Below, piece by piece: positions 36,206 through 46,623 of a stretch of 64,000 bases of DNA. The notes under the pieces were generated by a model. That model saw only the letters and a program-made list of their open reading frames with translations, was not told the DNA's origin and ran no database searches. Where the stretch lies: NCBI GenBank assembly GCA_964424155.1, contig CAYRHU010000004.1, forward strand, positions 6,638 to 70,637, read 5' to 3'. Both the position numbers and the translations under genes were made by a program. How positions within the stretch are numbered: position 1 is the first letter of the stretch; each line of letters opens with the position of its first letter. Origin of the DNA: an uncultured Chitinophaga sp. (GTDB lineage Bacteria; Bacteroidota; Bacteroidia; Chitinophagales; Chitinophagaceae).

Positions 36206-37219
36206 TCAGAATTTGGGACAAAGCAGGTATTCCCCCTTTTCTTTTCGTGACCCCGTGTAAGTAATCGAAATCTCAAACCCGCCCCGCCCGTAAGTGGATG
36301 GTTTCAGTTTGGAAATATTGGCGTCATAACTGAACGAAACGGAATAAGGCGCATAATCCAGTTTCAGAACGGGGATCAGCGCGTCATTCCATCTGAGGAA
36401 GGTGCCCGCATGGATCACATAACGGGGATTGTCGGGATCATCGCCCAGTTTGAGTCCATACATGCCGCCCGCTACCGTTTCCATGTGACCGCCCTGCCGT
36501 GAATGATCGGCCAGGATGGTGATATAGGCGTAATCCGTCACGCCCATCCGGAAACCCCCGGAAAAAACCCACTTGGGTTGCAGTTCGATCGTGGCGTTGC
36601 GGTAAAATGAATTCTTGGGCCGGTTGAAATGATGATAGGCGGCGCCGAGATAATAATTGTTATTCGGGTTTTGGCCCAGGCTGGCATTATAACTCATACC
36701 CACGCTGCCGTCGAGATAACTGTACTGCGTATGCATGAAATTCTCACCCAAACCACCGCCCTCATATTGTGTATTGGTGGTCACTTTGGACGGGTCGAAA
36801 CGCCGCTGCACCCATCCTCCCATAAAACCCAGCGAGAGGTAACTGTTTTTTTCAGTACTCAGTGATTTATGATAGTTGAGCGCGGGCAGCACATGCGTGG
36901 TGGTCAGCCCGATGGTGCCCGCCCGGTCATACAATACCTGCACCCCGGCCGTTACGAAATCATTCACGTTTCCCACCGGCATTTTGATCTCGGCATTCAC
37001 CGAGGCGGTGCGGTAAGCATCCGTTACATTGTTCCATTGATCCCTGTAAACCGCCTGCACGCGGTAATCACCGGTGAAGATTCCGGCCAGTGAAGGGTTT
37101 CTCCACAAGGGCGTTTCAAAGAATTGGGAAAAATGAATGTCCTGTCCGGCGGCAGGGAGCAGGTAGCCTCCTTGCAGGAGCATTAAAAACAGGAATCGTA
37201 TCGTCCTCCTCATTTTCAT
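36206..37219 (-). CDS. PorP/SprF-family type IX secretion membrane protein
   Basis: GQDIHFSQFFETPLWRNPSLAG signature. Starts 5 nt after the stop of the upstream type-B cargo gene. Confidence 0.9.
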   Translation of the reverse strand: MKMRRTIRFLFLMLLQGGYLLPAAGQDIHFSQFFETPLWRNPSLAGIFTGDYRVQAVYRDQWNNVTDAYRTASVNAEIKMPVGNVNDFVTAGVQVLYDRAGTIGLTTTHVLPALNYHKSLSTEKNSYLSLGFMGGWVQRRFDPSKVTTNTQYEGGGLGENFMHTQYSYLDGSVGMSYNASLGQNPNNNYYLGAAYHHFNRPKNSFYRNATIELQPKWVFSGGFRMGVTDYAYITILADHSRQGGHMETVAGGMYGLKLGDDPDNPRYVIHAGTFLRWNDALIPVLKLDYAPYSVSFSYDANISKLKPSTYGRGGFEISITYTGSRKEKGEYLLCPKF

Positions 37220-37224
37220 ACCGG

Positions 37225-40200
37225 TTATAGGATCAGGGCAATATTGCCGTTCAGGGTGATGAGTTGTCCGTTTTCGCAGAATACCTCGGCCTGGTACACA
37301 TAGACATCCGCGATCGGTTTACCGCCTTTAAAGCTTCCGTTCCAGCCTGCGGACGGGTCATTGACCGGCACATCCCTTTTTTCAAACACCACTTCACCCC
37401 AGCGGTTGAAGATCCGGAGCAGTTTCACACGGGCCAGTCCCTTACCCCGGGGATAGAATATTTCATTGCTTCCGTCGCCGTTGGGTGAAAATGTATTCGG
37501 GATAAACAGGTTCGCATCCTTGCAAATCACGTCTACCCGGATCGTTCCGAAATTCGAACAGCCGTTCGAATCGGTGAAAATGACCTGGTAAAGGGTGTTG
37601 AATGCCGGACCCGCGTCGGGTGTGGGGCAGGTGGAGCAACTGAGTCCAGTTGCCGGTGACCAGGACCAGGTAGCCGTATTGGGAGAATAGGTAGCCGGAA
37701 TGGTAACCGGGAACCCGTTCTGTACCGTCATTTGAGCGGGCATATTCACCACCGGCAGCGGATTCACCTGGAGGCTTTGCGTGGTGGTGTCGCGGCAACC
37801 CGTACTGTTGGTAGCAATGGCGGTAATGGTAAATGAACCCACGGTAGCGTAGGTTTGTAGCGGCGGATTCTGTAGCGTTGATACATTACCGTTAGGAAAG
37901 CTCCACGACCAGGTCACTGCGGAAGTATCCGGCTGGATAAAGATACCGCTGTGCGTAAGTGAGTTGTTGATGCACAGCACCGAATCGCCCCGGATATCGA
38001 TCAGGGGTCGCTGCACCACCGCAATCAGGTTTTGCCGGGTTAGGGTATCGGTGCAGCCCTGTTGAGTGTTCACGATCAGCCGGACCGTATACAAACCGGG
38101 ACCGCTGTAGAGATGGGAGGGATTTTGCAGGGTGGAAGTTCCCCCGTCGCCAAACGCCCAACTCCAGGAAGTAATGGGATCGTTATAGGTGGTGGAATCG
38201 CTGAAGTTCACATTCGCGAAATCGCAAAACAGGCTGTCGCTCTGGCCAAACCGCGCGGCGGCCCCCACGGCAAAGACTGTATCCAGTCCGGAAAGGGGGA
38301 TCTGGCAACCGGTGGGATCCTCCATGATCACTTTGGGAAGGAAATTACCGTATGAAGTATACACGTGAGTTATATTAGGTGTTGAGGAAACCGCCGTGTT
38401 GCCGTCGCCGAAATCCCAGAAATAGGAGGCCATCGGGCCCGGGCTGAAGGTATTCAGACTTACACTTAAGGGTTTGCATCCGCCCACGGGCAGATAACTC
38501 ATGGTCGAACCCACCGTGTCAAAGATCGTTACGAACCGGGTGAGCGAATCGGTGCAGCCGCCCGGGCTGGTGATCACAAGTTTTATCGGGTACGTACCCG
38601 CTGTATTGTAAAAATGGGAGGGATTATTAAGGGTGGATGTACCCTCTCCCGGGCCGAAATCCCAGAATGATGAAGTATAAAAGGAGGACGTATTGGTCAG
38701 CTGCACTTCCATCGGCGTGCATGAACTGATGGAATCATTGAATATAAAAGAAGGAACGGGCACATCCACACGGATGTAATTGGATTTAGTAACCGAATCG
38801 GAGCAGCCATACGCGTCGGTGATCCTCAGTTTAATAGCATACAGGCCCGTGCTGCCGTATGTATGGGTGGGGGATGTTACAGTAGAAGTGTTTCCGTCGC
38901 CGAAATCCCAAAAACTGCTGAAACCGGGAGGGCCCGAAGTATTATTGAAAGTGACCAGGGCATTGGGGCAGGTAAGCGTATCGGCGGATGTAAAATCCGG
39001 AATGGGATCTGTGGCCGTAACCAGGTTGCTCAGGGTGATGCTGTCGCGGCAACCCGCCCCATCGGTAATTACCATTTTTACAGAGAACGTGCCGGTTGTA
39101 TTATAGGTATGCTGGAAAGGGGGCGCGGAAAAGGTTTGCGTTATGCCATCACCGAAATCAAACTGCCAGCTGGTAAATGGATTAACGCCGTCGCCCGTTG
39201 ACAGGTCATTAAAGGTGGTGATCAGGCCGGTGCAGCCTGTTGTATTTGTGGCGCTGAACCCGGCCACCGGCCCGTTGATGCGGATATAATTGTTGATGGT
39301 GCGGGTATCCGTACAGCCGTTGATATCTGTGGTTGTGAGCGTAACGGTATAGGTGCCGGAATTCACATAACTGTGGTTGACGACGGGTGCCGGCATTGTG
39401 GTGGTTGCACCATCGCCAAAATCCCAGAAATAATTACTGATATTGGCGGTATTGATATTAATGGCGGTAAAGGCGATATCAGCGATGCGGCAGGCGGTGG
39501 TCGGACTGGCCGTAAAATCGGGGTTTTCATCCACCGCGTTCACGGTTTGATAGATCGTATCCGCACACCCTCCGTTTCGAACGATCAGGCGTACATTGTA
39601 ACTGCCCAGCGAAGGGAAAATATGTACCGGGTTCTGTACGGTGGATGAATTACCGTCACCAAAATCCCATTCCCAGCTAAGAGGAAGGATCGACTGATCG
39701 GTAAAAATAAAACGCAGGCGGTTGCTGCAGTCGGGTGTGATGGTAAATGCAGCGATCGAGGGCATTACGTAAATGTAATTGTTCCTGGTAATGGTGTCGG
39801 GGCATCCGTTATTGAAAGCGATCAGGCGCACGGAGAAATAACCGGTATCGTTATAGGCATGCGCCGGGTTTTGCATCGTCGACGTGGCGCCGTCGCCAAA
39901 ATCCCATGACCATTCATCTGCCGGTACGGAAAGATCGGTGAACTGCACGGGCTGGCGTGCGCAGATGGGATTGGGCGCCGCGCTGAAATCGGCGACCGGT
40001 TTTGAGCCCACCCGGATGGCATTGGCAAACGTAGTATCATCAGTGCAGCCCGAACTGGTAGTGATCGTAAGGGTTACATTATACGTTCCCTGTGTGGTGT
40101 AAGTATAGGTTGGGTTGGGAAGCGTGGAACTGCCCCCGTCGCCAAAATCCCAGCTGTAGGAAGTGACCGCATCAACTGATGTGATGATGGGGTTGAAATT

Positions 40201-41592
40201 GAATGAAAAAGGGATACAGCCCCGGGCGGGTAAGCCTGGAATGCTGACCTGCGCCCTGCGCACAATGATAAAATCAGGCCGTATCAGCGTGTCCCTGCAC
40301 CCGGATGCATTGGTTACTATGAGTTGTACGGTAAAATTCCCATAACTGGTATAAGTGTGCGCGGGATTCTGAACGGAGGACGTTCCCCCGTCACCAAAAT
40401 CCCATTCCCAGGCCACGGCTCCCCCGGTGGAAAGATCCTGGAAGTTGACCGTAAACGGGGGTTCGCACTTCGATGTTACCGGTGCAGAAAAATCCGCCAC
40501 CGGGTTGGAGTTGACCGTAATGCTCTGCGTTACCGAATCGGTGCAGCCGGAATAGGTGTTGATGAGTTTGACCAGGTAAACACCCGGGGTACTGTAACTG
40601 TGCGTGGCATTGATTGTGGTGGCTGTGGCCCCGTCACCGAAATTCCAGACCGAACTCACCGGGGCCGGTGTGCTGGTATTGGTAAAACTGGCCGGTTCAC
40701 CGGCACATACCTGGGGCGGGTAATTAAACGATGTGGTGTAATTGCCGATCAGGATCGGGTTGCTTCTCGCGGTATCCTGGCAACCGGCTGTGCTGTAAGT
40801 TACGAGGGTTACTATATAACTCCCGTTAACCGTATAGGTATGTACCGGGTTGGCTGCAGTGGAAAAATTTCCGTCACCAAAATTCCAGAGGTAACTCAGG
40901 GTGGGGGGGCCTGTTGAACTGTTCGTAAAACTGATATCCGCCGGAGCCCGGCAAACGGTTGGCTGGGTATGCGTGAATCCTGCCGTAACCCCGCTGGTTA
41001 CTGTAATATAGTTTGTCCGGCTCAGAACGCGGGTACATCCCTTGTCATTTGTAACCCTTAGCGTAACGGAGTAGGTACCGGCGCTGCCATAAGTAATGAA
41101 TGGATTTTGCAGCGTTGAAGTTGTTCCGTTCCCAAAATCCCATAACCAGGAAACATTGGTATTGCCTGTGCCGGCCGTAGAGAGGTCCTGGAACTGAACC
41201 CTCAGTGGGAAACAACCGCTCACCGTACTGGCTGAAAAATTTACTGTGGGCGATTCATAAACGGTAACATATTGCGTGCGTGTGAGGGTATTGGAACCGT
41301 TGGCATTGGTGACCGTAAGTGTTACCGTGTAGCTGCCCGGTGTAAAATAGGAGGCTGTAGGGTTTCGAAGGGTCGACGTGTTTCCGTTCCCGAAATTCCA
41401 GTTCCAGGCGGTCGGGTTTCCGGTCGACAGATCCTGGAAAACTACAACCAGCGGAGAACAGCCCGTAAGCGGACTACCTGAAAAATTTGCAACCGGAGCC
41501 TGACCAGCAACCAGGTTGATTGTGGATAAGATAAATGACTGTAAAACAATTAGTTTTGTAAGGATATTGTAGTAGTGCTGCTTCAAAGGCAC
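37225..41592 (-). CDS. giant secreted protein with about 15 PKD domains and a T9SS type-B C-terminal sorting domain
   Basis: 1455 aa. Fifteen W-x-(F/W)-(G)-(D/N)-G PKD signatures spaced about 85 aa apart. C-terminus IPNTFSPNGDG...FNRWGEVVFE...GWNG...DVYVY. GTG start. Confidence 0.92.
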   Translation of the reverse strand: MPLKQHYYNILTKLIVLQSFILSTINLVAGQAPVANFSGSPLTGCSPLVVVFQDLSTGNPTAWNWNFGNGNTSTLRNPTASYFTPGSYTVTLTVTNANGSNTLTRTQYVTVYESPTVNFSASTVSGCFPLRVQFQDLSTAGTGNTNVSWLWDFGNGTTSTLQNPFITYGSAGTYSVTLRVTNDKGCTRVLSRTNYITVTSGVTAGFTHTQPTVCRAPADISFTNSSTGPPTLSYLWNFGDGNFSTAANPVHTYTVNGSYIVTLVTYSTAGCQDTARSNPILIGNYTTSFNYPPQVCAGEPASFTNTSTPAPVSSVWNFGDGATATTINATHSYSTPGVYLVKLINTYSGCTDSVTQSITVNSNPVADFSAPVTSKCEPPFTVNFQDLSTGGAVAWEWDFGDGGTSSVQNPAHTYTSYGNFTVQLIVTNASGCRDTLIRPDFIIVRRAQVSIPGLPARGCIPFSFNFNPIITSVDAVTSYSWDFGDGGSSTLPNPTYTYTTQGTYNVTLTITTSSGCTDDTTFANAIRVGSKPVADFSAAPNPICARQPVQFTDLSVPADEWSWDFGDGATSTMQNPAHAYNDTGYFSVRLIAFNNGCPDTITRNNYIYVMPSIAAFTITPDCSNRLRFIFTDQSILPLSWEWDFGDGNSSTVQNPVHIFPSLGSYNVRLIVRNGGCADTIYQTVNAVDENPDFTASPTTACRIADIAFTAININTANISNYFWDFGDGATTTMPAPVVNHSYVNSGTYTVTLTTTDINGCTDTRTINNYIRINGPVAGFSATNTTGCTGLITTFNDLSTGDGVNPFTSWQFDFGDGITQTFSAPPFQHTYNTTGTFSVKMVITDGAGCRDSITLSNLVTATDPIPDFTSADTLTCPNALVTFNNTSGPPGFSSFWDFGDGNTSTVTSPTHTYGSTGLYAIKLRITDAYGCSDSVTKSNYIRVDVPVPSFIFNDSISSCTPMEVQLTNTSSFYTSSFWDFGPGEGTSTLNNPSHFYNTAGTYPIKLVITSPGGCTDSLTRFVTIFDTVGSTMSYLPVGGCKPLSVSLNTFSPGPMASYFWDFGDGNTAVSSTPNITHVYTSYGNFLPKVIMEDPTGCQIPLSGLDTVFAVGAAARFGQSDSLFCDFANVNFSDSTTYNDPITSWSWAFGDGGTSTLQNPSHLYSGPGLYTVRLIVNTQQGCTDTLTRQNLIAVVQRPLIDIRGDSVLCINNSLTHSGIFIQPDTSAVTWSWSFPNGNVSTLQNPPLQTYATVGSFTITAIATNSTGCRDTTTQSLQVNPLPVVNMPAQMTVQNGFPVTIPATYSPNTATWSWSPATGLSCSTCPTPDAGPAFNTLYQVIFTDSNGCSNFGTIRVDVICKDANLFIPNTFSPNGDGSNEIFYPRGKGLARVKLLRIFNRWGEVVFEKRDVPVNDPSAGWNGSFKGGKPIADVYVYQAEVFCENGQLITLNGNIALIL

Positions 41593-41817
41593 CGGTTTAT
41601 TAAGTATTCCGTTATGAAAACGTTCTGTTATATCAAAAATTATTCCCCAAATCCGGTTTTTAAACTGAAAATGGATAATGACTAACTCCCGGGGGCCTAC
41701 CCCTCAAATCAAAACCAGGATCTGAAAAACTGTGACGATGTTAATGCAAATATGTTTAAAAGGCAGGGGGAACGGATCGGAACAAAGTTAATTAAAACCG
41801 GGACGCAGATAGTTATC

Positions 41818-42231
41818 TTATTGTTTATCAAGACGCATGATCCGTGTTTCACTTCCTACCGTCTGGTAGGCTTCTACGTAGGTCCAGCTGTTGCGTGTAA
41901 TGTTCCAGGTTCCGTTGATAAGCATAAGGGGGTATACCGCACCGTTGAAATTGGCCCAGGTGGTCATACCAGAAGAATTCCCGCCCCAGTCACCGGTTTT
42001 TTCAACCGTACCGCTGTTAATAGCATCAACCTTTTTGGGATTGTTGTAATATTTAAAACGATATACCGAGAAATCGGAGGTGATGTTAACGCCCGCATTG
42101 GTAAAGCTGGTGATCGCCCATTGTCCGTCGGTCATGGCTTTAATGACCAGGTCCTCCTGAATATTTTCGATGGTTTTCTTGCAGCCTGGCAGGATGGTGA
42201 TCAGAAATATGAAAATCAGAATAGGTTTCAT
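41818..42231 (-). CDS. lipoprotein of unknown function
   Basis: Internal Met gives MKPILIFIFLITILPGC (lipobox). 137 aa with beta-rich composition. Confidence 0.55.
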   Translation of the reverse strand: MKPILIFIFLITILPGCKKTIENIQEDLVIKAMTDGQWAITSFTNAGVNITSDFSVYRFKYYNNPKKVDAINSGTVEKTGDWGGNSSGMTTWANFNGAVYPLMLINGTWNITRNSWTYVEAYQTVGSETRIMRLDKQ

Positions 42232-42374
42232 AAAGGTATTATGTCGTTGCACAAATTACACATTATTCATTGTTGAAGCAAGGAATCGATGCAAATACCG
42301 TCAAATGCCCGTGATGGAATGAATTGTATTTTTGATGTTTATTATCAGGCTATTAACTTCACATTTTATTGGTG

Positions 42375-44771
42375 ATGAAGAAATACTTTCTGTTTATGTG
42401 GTTGCTCATCACCCTGCTTGCAGGCCGGGTATCCATCGCACAGCAACCGGAAGAGGATTTAGTGCGGTGGGCGATGCGTCACCCGATTGAAAAAATTTTT
42501 CTGCATTTTGACCGGGAAGAATATGCGGCCGGGGAAACCGCCTGGTTCAAGGCTTATTTATCATCGGAATATTTGCCCGATACAATCAGTACCAGCCTGC
42601 AGGTCGAATTTTCCGGGGAAGGTTTAAAAGAACCACAGCGTTTGATCTTACCCGTGCTGTTGGGTACTTCGGCCGGTCAATGGGAGATTCCCGACACGCT
42701 GCAAACCGGCATGTATACGGTTTACGCCTTTACCCCCTCCATGTTAAAACAGTCGCCCGATTTCCTGTTTAAAAAAAGTCTCTGGATACATGGCAGGGAA
42801 AGGAAGACAAACACCACCGTCAAAGAGCCGGAATTGCAGATCCTTTTTTTCCCGGAAGGCGGAAACCTGGTTGAAGGTTTAAGCAATAGCATTGCCTTCA
42901 AAGCTGTGTATGATAACGGGCTTCCCGCGAAGACCAGGGGGAAGATCTATAACCAGAAAGGAGAAGAACTCGCTACATTGCAGGAGGAACATGATGGCAT
43001 GGGCGTGTTCGGGCTGAACCCGGTTGCCGGTGAAAAGTACACGGCTGTCATCACCGAACCTGTTACCCGGAGAGTGGAACTTCCCGGAGCGGTTAAGAAA
43101 GGAGTCGTGATGTCGGTCATTCCGCATCCCCGCGGCAACTTTTTTGAAATAAGACATTCGGCCGGTGACCCGGTATTTGAACCGGCCTGGATGATCGGCC
43201 AGATGCAGCACCGGGTCGTTTTCCGGCATGATTTCCCGGCCGGTAAAAATGCGTATGAAGGGTTGATCGATACCCGTCATCTCCATTCAGGCATCCTGCA
43301 GCTGACGGTTTTTAACAGGCAGGGACTACCGCTGGCGGAACGTCTTTGTTTTGTCAATAACCAGGAATATTTGCAACCCGTGATCCTGGAGGAGGATACG
43401 GTCAGCTTTTCTCCCCGGGGTAGAAACCGTTTCCGTCTTTCCTTTACCGATACCGTCCAGGGAAATATTTCCATTTCCGTAACGGATGCCGATTTTGAAC
43501 CAACCGGTTCGGGCGATGAGAATATCTTCAGTACGTTTTTACTTACGTCCGATCTTACGGGATATGTTCACCGACCGGCCTATTACCTTTCGGACGTTTC
43601 GGATTCGGTGAGATCGGCGGCTGACCTCCTCATGATGACCCATGGCTGGCGGAGATTTAAGTGGACCGCGATTCCACGGCCGGCAGATACAGCAACGGGT
43701 GATAATGTTTTTATCCAGCTTAACGGGAAGGTGACGTTAAGGGGCACCAGCAAACCCTTCGCGGATAAGGCGCTGCTGATGATGATCAATGACGTGGGTG
43801 GCCGCATCCGCAGCACGCAAATGCTTCAGACCCGAACCGATGGAAGTTTCATGATCGATTCCCTGATCTTTTTTGACAAAAAGTTACTTCTGTTCAGCGA
43901 TGTGAAAGGAAAGAAGAGCCAGTATATCGACGTGCAACTCCGGGAATATGCTCTTCAACGGGGCATTGTTTGGCCCCGTACCCAATATATGCCCGACCGT
44001 ATTACCCGTGCTGATTCCAAATTGAAATCGTGGAAGGCGATTTATGAGGAATTCACCCGCGCCAAGGGTCTGATGCTGGATGAGGTCACGATCAATGTAA
44101 AAAAGAAATCTCCGTTGCAGGAACTGGACGACCGCTATACCAAAGGAATGTTCAGTGGTGAAGCGACCCGCACCATCGACCTGGTGAATACGGAGGAAGC
44201 GCTTCCGTATAATAATATTTTTGATTACCTGCAGTCGAGGGTAAATGGTCTTACCATTGTACAGGATGGACCCGACTACGGGCTTTTTTACCGCCAGGGC
44301 CCCACCATCAGTTCCATGGGCAATATTCCCATGACCCTGTTCCTGAATGAAATCGAAACGGATGTGTCCGTGATCGCGAGTATTCCCGCCAACCAGGTGG
44401 CCCTTGTAAAATTGTACAGCACGTTTGCCGGCGCCTGGGGCAATGCACCCGGGGGCGTACTCTCCATTTATACCAGGAAGGGAAAAGACTTCCTGGGCAA
44501 TGCGGGTCGTGCCAATACCGTGTATTATGAAGGGTATTCCGTTGTGAAAGAGTTTTTTTCGCCGGATTATGCCACCCCACAGTCTGCGGATAAACCGGAT
44601 AACCGCCTAACGCTCGACTGGCGCCCCGCTGTATTCATCAACAATTTCAATCCCCGGATACCATTCAGTTTTTATAACAATGACCGTACCCGGAGCTTCC
44701 GGATCGTAGTGGCTGGCATGACAGCAGCGGGAAAACTGATATGGATGGAAAAGAAATTGTCAGCCAAATAA
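42375..44771 (+). CDS. large secreted protein of unknown function (MG2-like N-terminal part, plug-like C-terminal part; tentative)
   Basis: Signal peptide MKKYFLFMWLLITLLAGRVSIAQ. The N-terminal segment EKIFLHFDREEYAAGETAWFKAYL resembles macroglobulin-type folds. The C-terminal LQSRVNGLTIV... resembles a TonB-receptor plug. No barrel-length region follows. Confidence 0.65.
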   Translation: MKKYFLFMWLLITLLAGRVSIAQQPEEDLVRWAMRHPIEKIFLHFDREEYAAGETAWFKAYLSSEYLPDTISTSLQVEFSGEGLKEPQRLILPVLLGTSAGQWEIPDTLQTGMYTVYAFTPSMLKQSPDFLFKKSLWIHGRERKTNTTVKEPELQILFFPEGGNLVEGLSNSIAFKAVYDNGLPAKTRGKIYNQKGEELATLQEEHDGMGVFGLNPVAGEKYTAVITEPVTRRVELPGAVKKGVVMSVIPHPRGNFFEIRHSAGDPVFEPAWMIGQMQHRVVFRHDFPAGKNAYEGLIDTRHLHSGILQLTVFNRQGLPLAERLCFVNNQEYLQPVILEEDTVSFSPRGRNRFRLSFTDTVQGNISISVTDADFEPTGSGDENIFSTFLLTSDLTGYVHRPAYYLSDVSDSVRSAADLLMMTHGWRRFKWTAIPRPADTATGDNVFIQLNGKVTLRGTSKPFADKALLMMINDVGGRIRSTQMLQTRTDGSFMIDSLIFFDKKLLLFSDVKGKKSQYIDVQLREYALQRGIVWPRTQYMPDRITRADSKLKSWKAIYEEFTRAKGLMLDEVTINVKKKSPLQELDDRYTKGMFSGEATRTIDLVNTEEALPYNNIFDYLQSRVNGLTIVQDGPDYGLFYRQGPTISSMGNIPMTLFLNEIETDVSVIASIPANQVALVKLYSTFAGAWGNAPGGVLSIYTRKGKDFLGNAGRANTVYYEGYSVVKEFFSPDYATPQSADKPDNRLTLDWRPAVFINNFNPRIPFSFYNNDRTRSFRIVVAGMTAAGKLIWMEKKLSAK

Positions 44772-44820
44772 AATCACGGGTCTTACCGGATACCGGGAGA
44801 CAATTTCATTTGTTGAAAAA

Positions 44821-45444
44821 CTACCTGGCGGGGAAACCCGGGCTGCTCATCACTTCTTTCATTTGCTGGGTATGCCTGTTGCAGTGTGCGGCCAGCATCA
44901 GATACAGCTGGTAACCGTCGATGGTGCCAAAGGGCATGGGCACCACATGATTACGCATATCTTCCGTGGATGTTTTCATGTAACGGATATGATCCGTACG
45001 GATCGTCTTGAATTCGGACATGGCTTCCGCAACGGTCTGGTACCGGATATTTTGAGGCTGGAAGGGTTCAGCTGCCTGCACCTTGCGGCTTCTGTCCCTG
45101 ATCAGGGCCACGAACTCCTCGTCGGTTAATTTGATTTCCGAACGTTTCTCCGGGTTGACGGGTGATTTCATCAGGCCTTCCAGCATAGACCCTATTCCTT
45201 TTTCCGTTGCCACGATATGGTAAAAGCATTCTTTCACCGACCATTTTTCAGGGGAAGGTTTGTAGTTAAGCTGTGATTCGGAAAGATCCCCGATCGTTTT
45301 CAGGACTTCTTTATAGGAATCCTTCATCAGGCCGATGGCGTATTTTCTTTCGGATTTGGAAAGGGAATTATTATTCATCGTACCTGCCAGCCCGGTGATG
45401 ACAAGCAGACTGAGCAGCAAACGGCCGGTCGTTCTTTTAATCAT
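44821..45444 (-). CDS. DinB-family protein
   Basis: Four-helix-bundle His pattern (YHIVATE...AAHCNRHTQQ) with an N-terminal signal-like segment. Confidence 0.75.
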   Translation of the reverse strand: MIKRTTGRLLLSLLVITGLAGTMNNNSLSKSERKYAIGLMKDSYKEVLKTIGDLSESQLNYKPSPEKWSVKECFYHIVATEKGIGSMLEGLMKSPVNPEKRSEIKLTDEEFVALIRDRSRKVQAAEPFQPQNIRYQTVAEAMSEFKTIRTDHIRYMKTSTEDMRNHVVPMPFGTIDGYQLYLMLAAHCNRHTQQMKEVMSSPGFPAR

Positions 45445-45501
45445 ATACGATCATTGTTTTGAAAGCTGGATAAGGGAGTTATCCAAAGGGCGGGAACCCG
45501 A

Positions 45502-45516
45502 CTGCCGGCAGGCAGG
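45502..45516. repeat. CTGCCGGCAGGCAGG motif, copy 1
   Basis: Identical 15-mer to 56312-56326. Contains the palindrome CTGCCGGCAG. Confidence 0.8.
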
Positions 45517-45581
45517 GGGAGGAAAATTACAAAAGTTTTCGAATCCGGCAAGCCTGACTTCCATACCGGCATTCGCATTGG

Positions 45582-46559
45582 TTAGTGCAGCGGTTTTTTC
45601 TTCACCATGCCGCCTTTTGTATCCCGGATACTCTGCATCACGATAAAGGCATGCGGATCGATCTTTTCGATCTCGCTGTTCAGCCGGCTGATCTCCAGGC
45701 GGGTTACTACCGTAAAGATGATATCCGTATTCGTATCCGATTCTCCTCTTTTTCCATATCCTCTTTTACCGGAATAAATGGTCAGCCCCCTTCCCATTTT
45801 CTGTTTGATAAAGGCGGCAATCTCGCTGCTGTGCGGGGAGATGATCGTAACACCGGTGAACTCTTCGATACCATCGAGAATAAAGTCAACCGTTTTGGCA
45901 GCCGCCAGGTAAGTAAGTATGGAATAAAGCGCCGTTTCGATGGTCAGCAGGTAAGCCGCCACGGAAAAGATGATGATATTGAAAATGAGAATAAAATCAC
46001 CTACAGACAGGCTTTGTTTCCGGCTCAGGAATATGGCTAGGATTTCCGTGCCATCGATCACACATCCACCCCGGATACACAAACCAATACCGGCCCCGAT
46101 GAAAAAGCCGCCGAATACCGCCACCAGCAGCCTGTCGCTGGTTACCACCGGGTAGGGCAGAAAAGCCACCACGGCCGCCAGCAGCGCGATGGCCCCGATG
46201 CTTTTCAGGCTGAAGATCCGGGAGATCTGTCTGGAACCCATCAGGATAAACGGAAGATTGATCGCCACGATCAATAAGGAAAGCGAGATACCGGTTTGTT
46301 TATTGATCAGCAGGGAAATTCCCATCACGCCGCCGTCGATCAGTTTGTTGGGGATCAGGAATCCCTGCAAACCGAAACCGGCTGAAAGCACGCCCATCAG
46401 CATCAGGGCCAGGGAACGCAGTTCCCGGTTGATCATTTTCCGGATACGCCAGGCCCCTTTGGCCAGTTCATATTGGCTTATCTCTTCATTGCCTTCTTTA
46501 CCGATGGATTTCCGGATTTGCCGTGAAATAATCTTTTTTTGTATCAGTTTAAGCGGCAT
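45582..46559 (-). CDS. YitT-family membrane protein (DUF2179 C-terminal domain)
   Basis: Five or six TM helices, then a soluble C-terminal domain (VTIISP...LTIYSGKRGY...). Confidence 0.85.
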   Translation of the reverse strand: MPLKLIQKKIISRQIRKSIGKEGNEEISQYELAKGAWRIRKMINRELRSLALMLMGVLSAGFGLQGFLIPNKLIDGGVMGISLLINKQTGISLSLLIVAINLPFILMGSRQISRIFSLKSIGAIALLAAVVAFLPYPVVTSDRLLVAVFGGFFIGAGIGLCIRGGCVIDGTEILAIFLSRKQSLSVGDFILIFNIIIFSVAAYLLTIETALYSILTYLAAAKTVDFILDGIEEFTGVTIISPHSSEIAAFIKQKMGRGLTIYSGKRGYGKRGESDTNTDIIFTVVTRLEISRLNSEIEKIDPHAFIVMQSIRDTKGGMVKKKPLH

Positions 46560-46623
46560 GATTAAAGATAGGGAATGAGTTGCTTTTTTAAACGGGTAGT
46601 CATCAAATTCTTAACTTGGCCGA

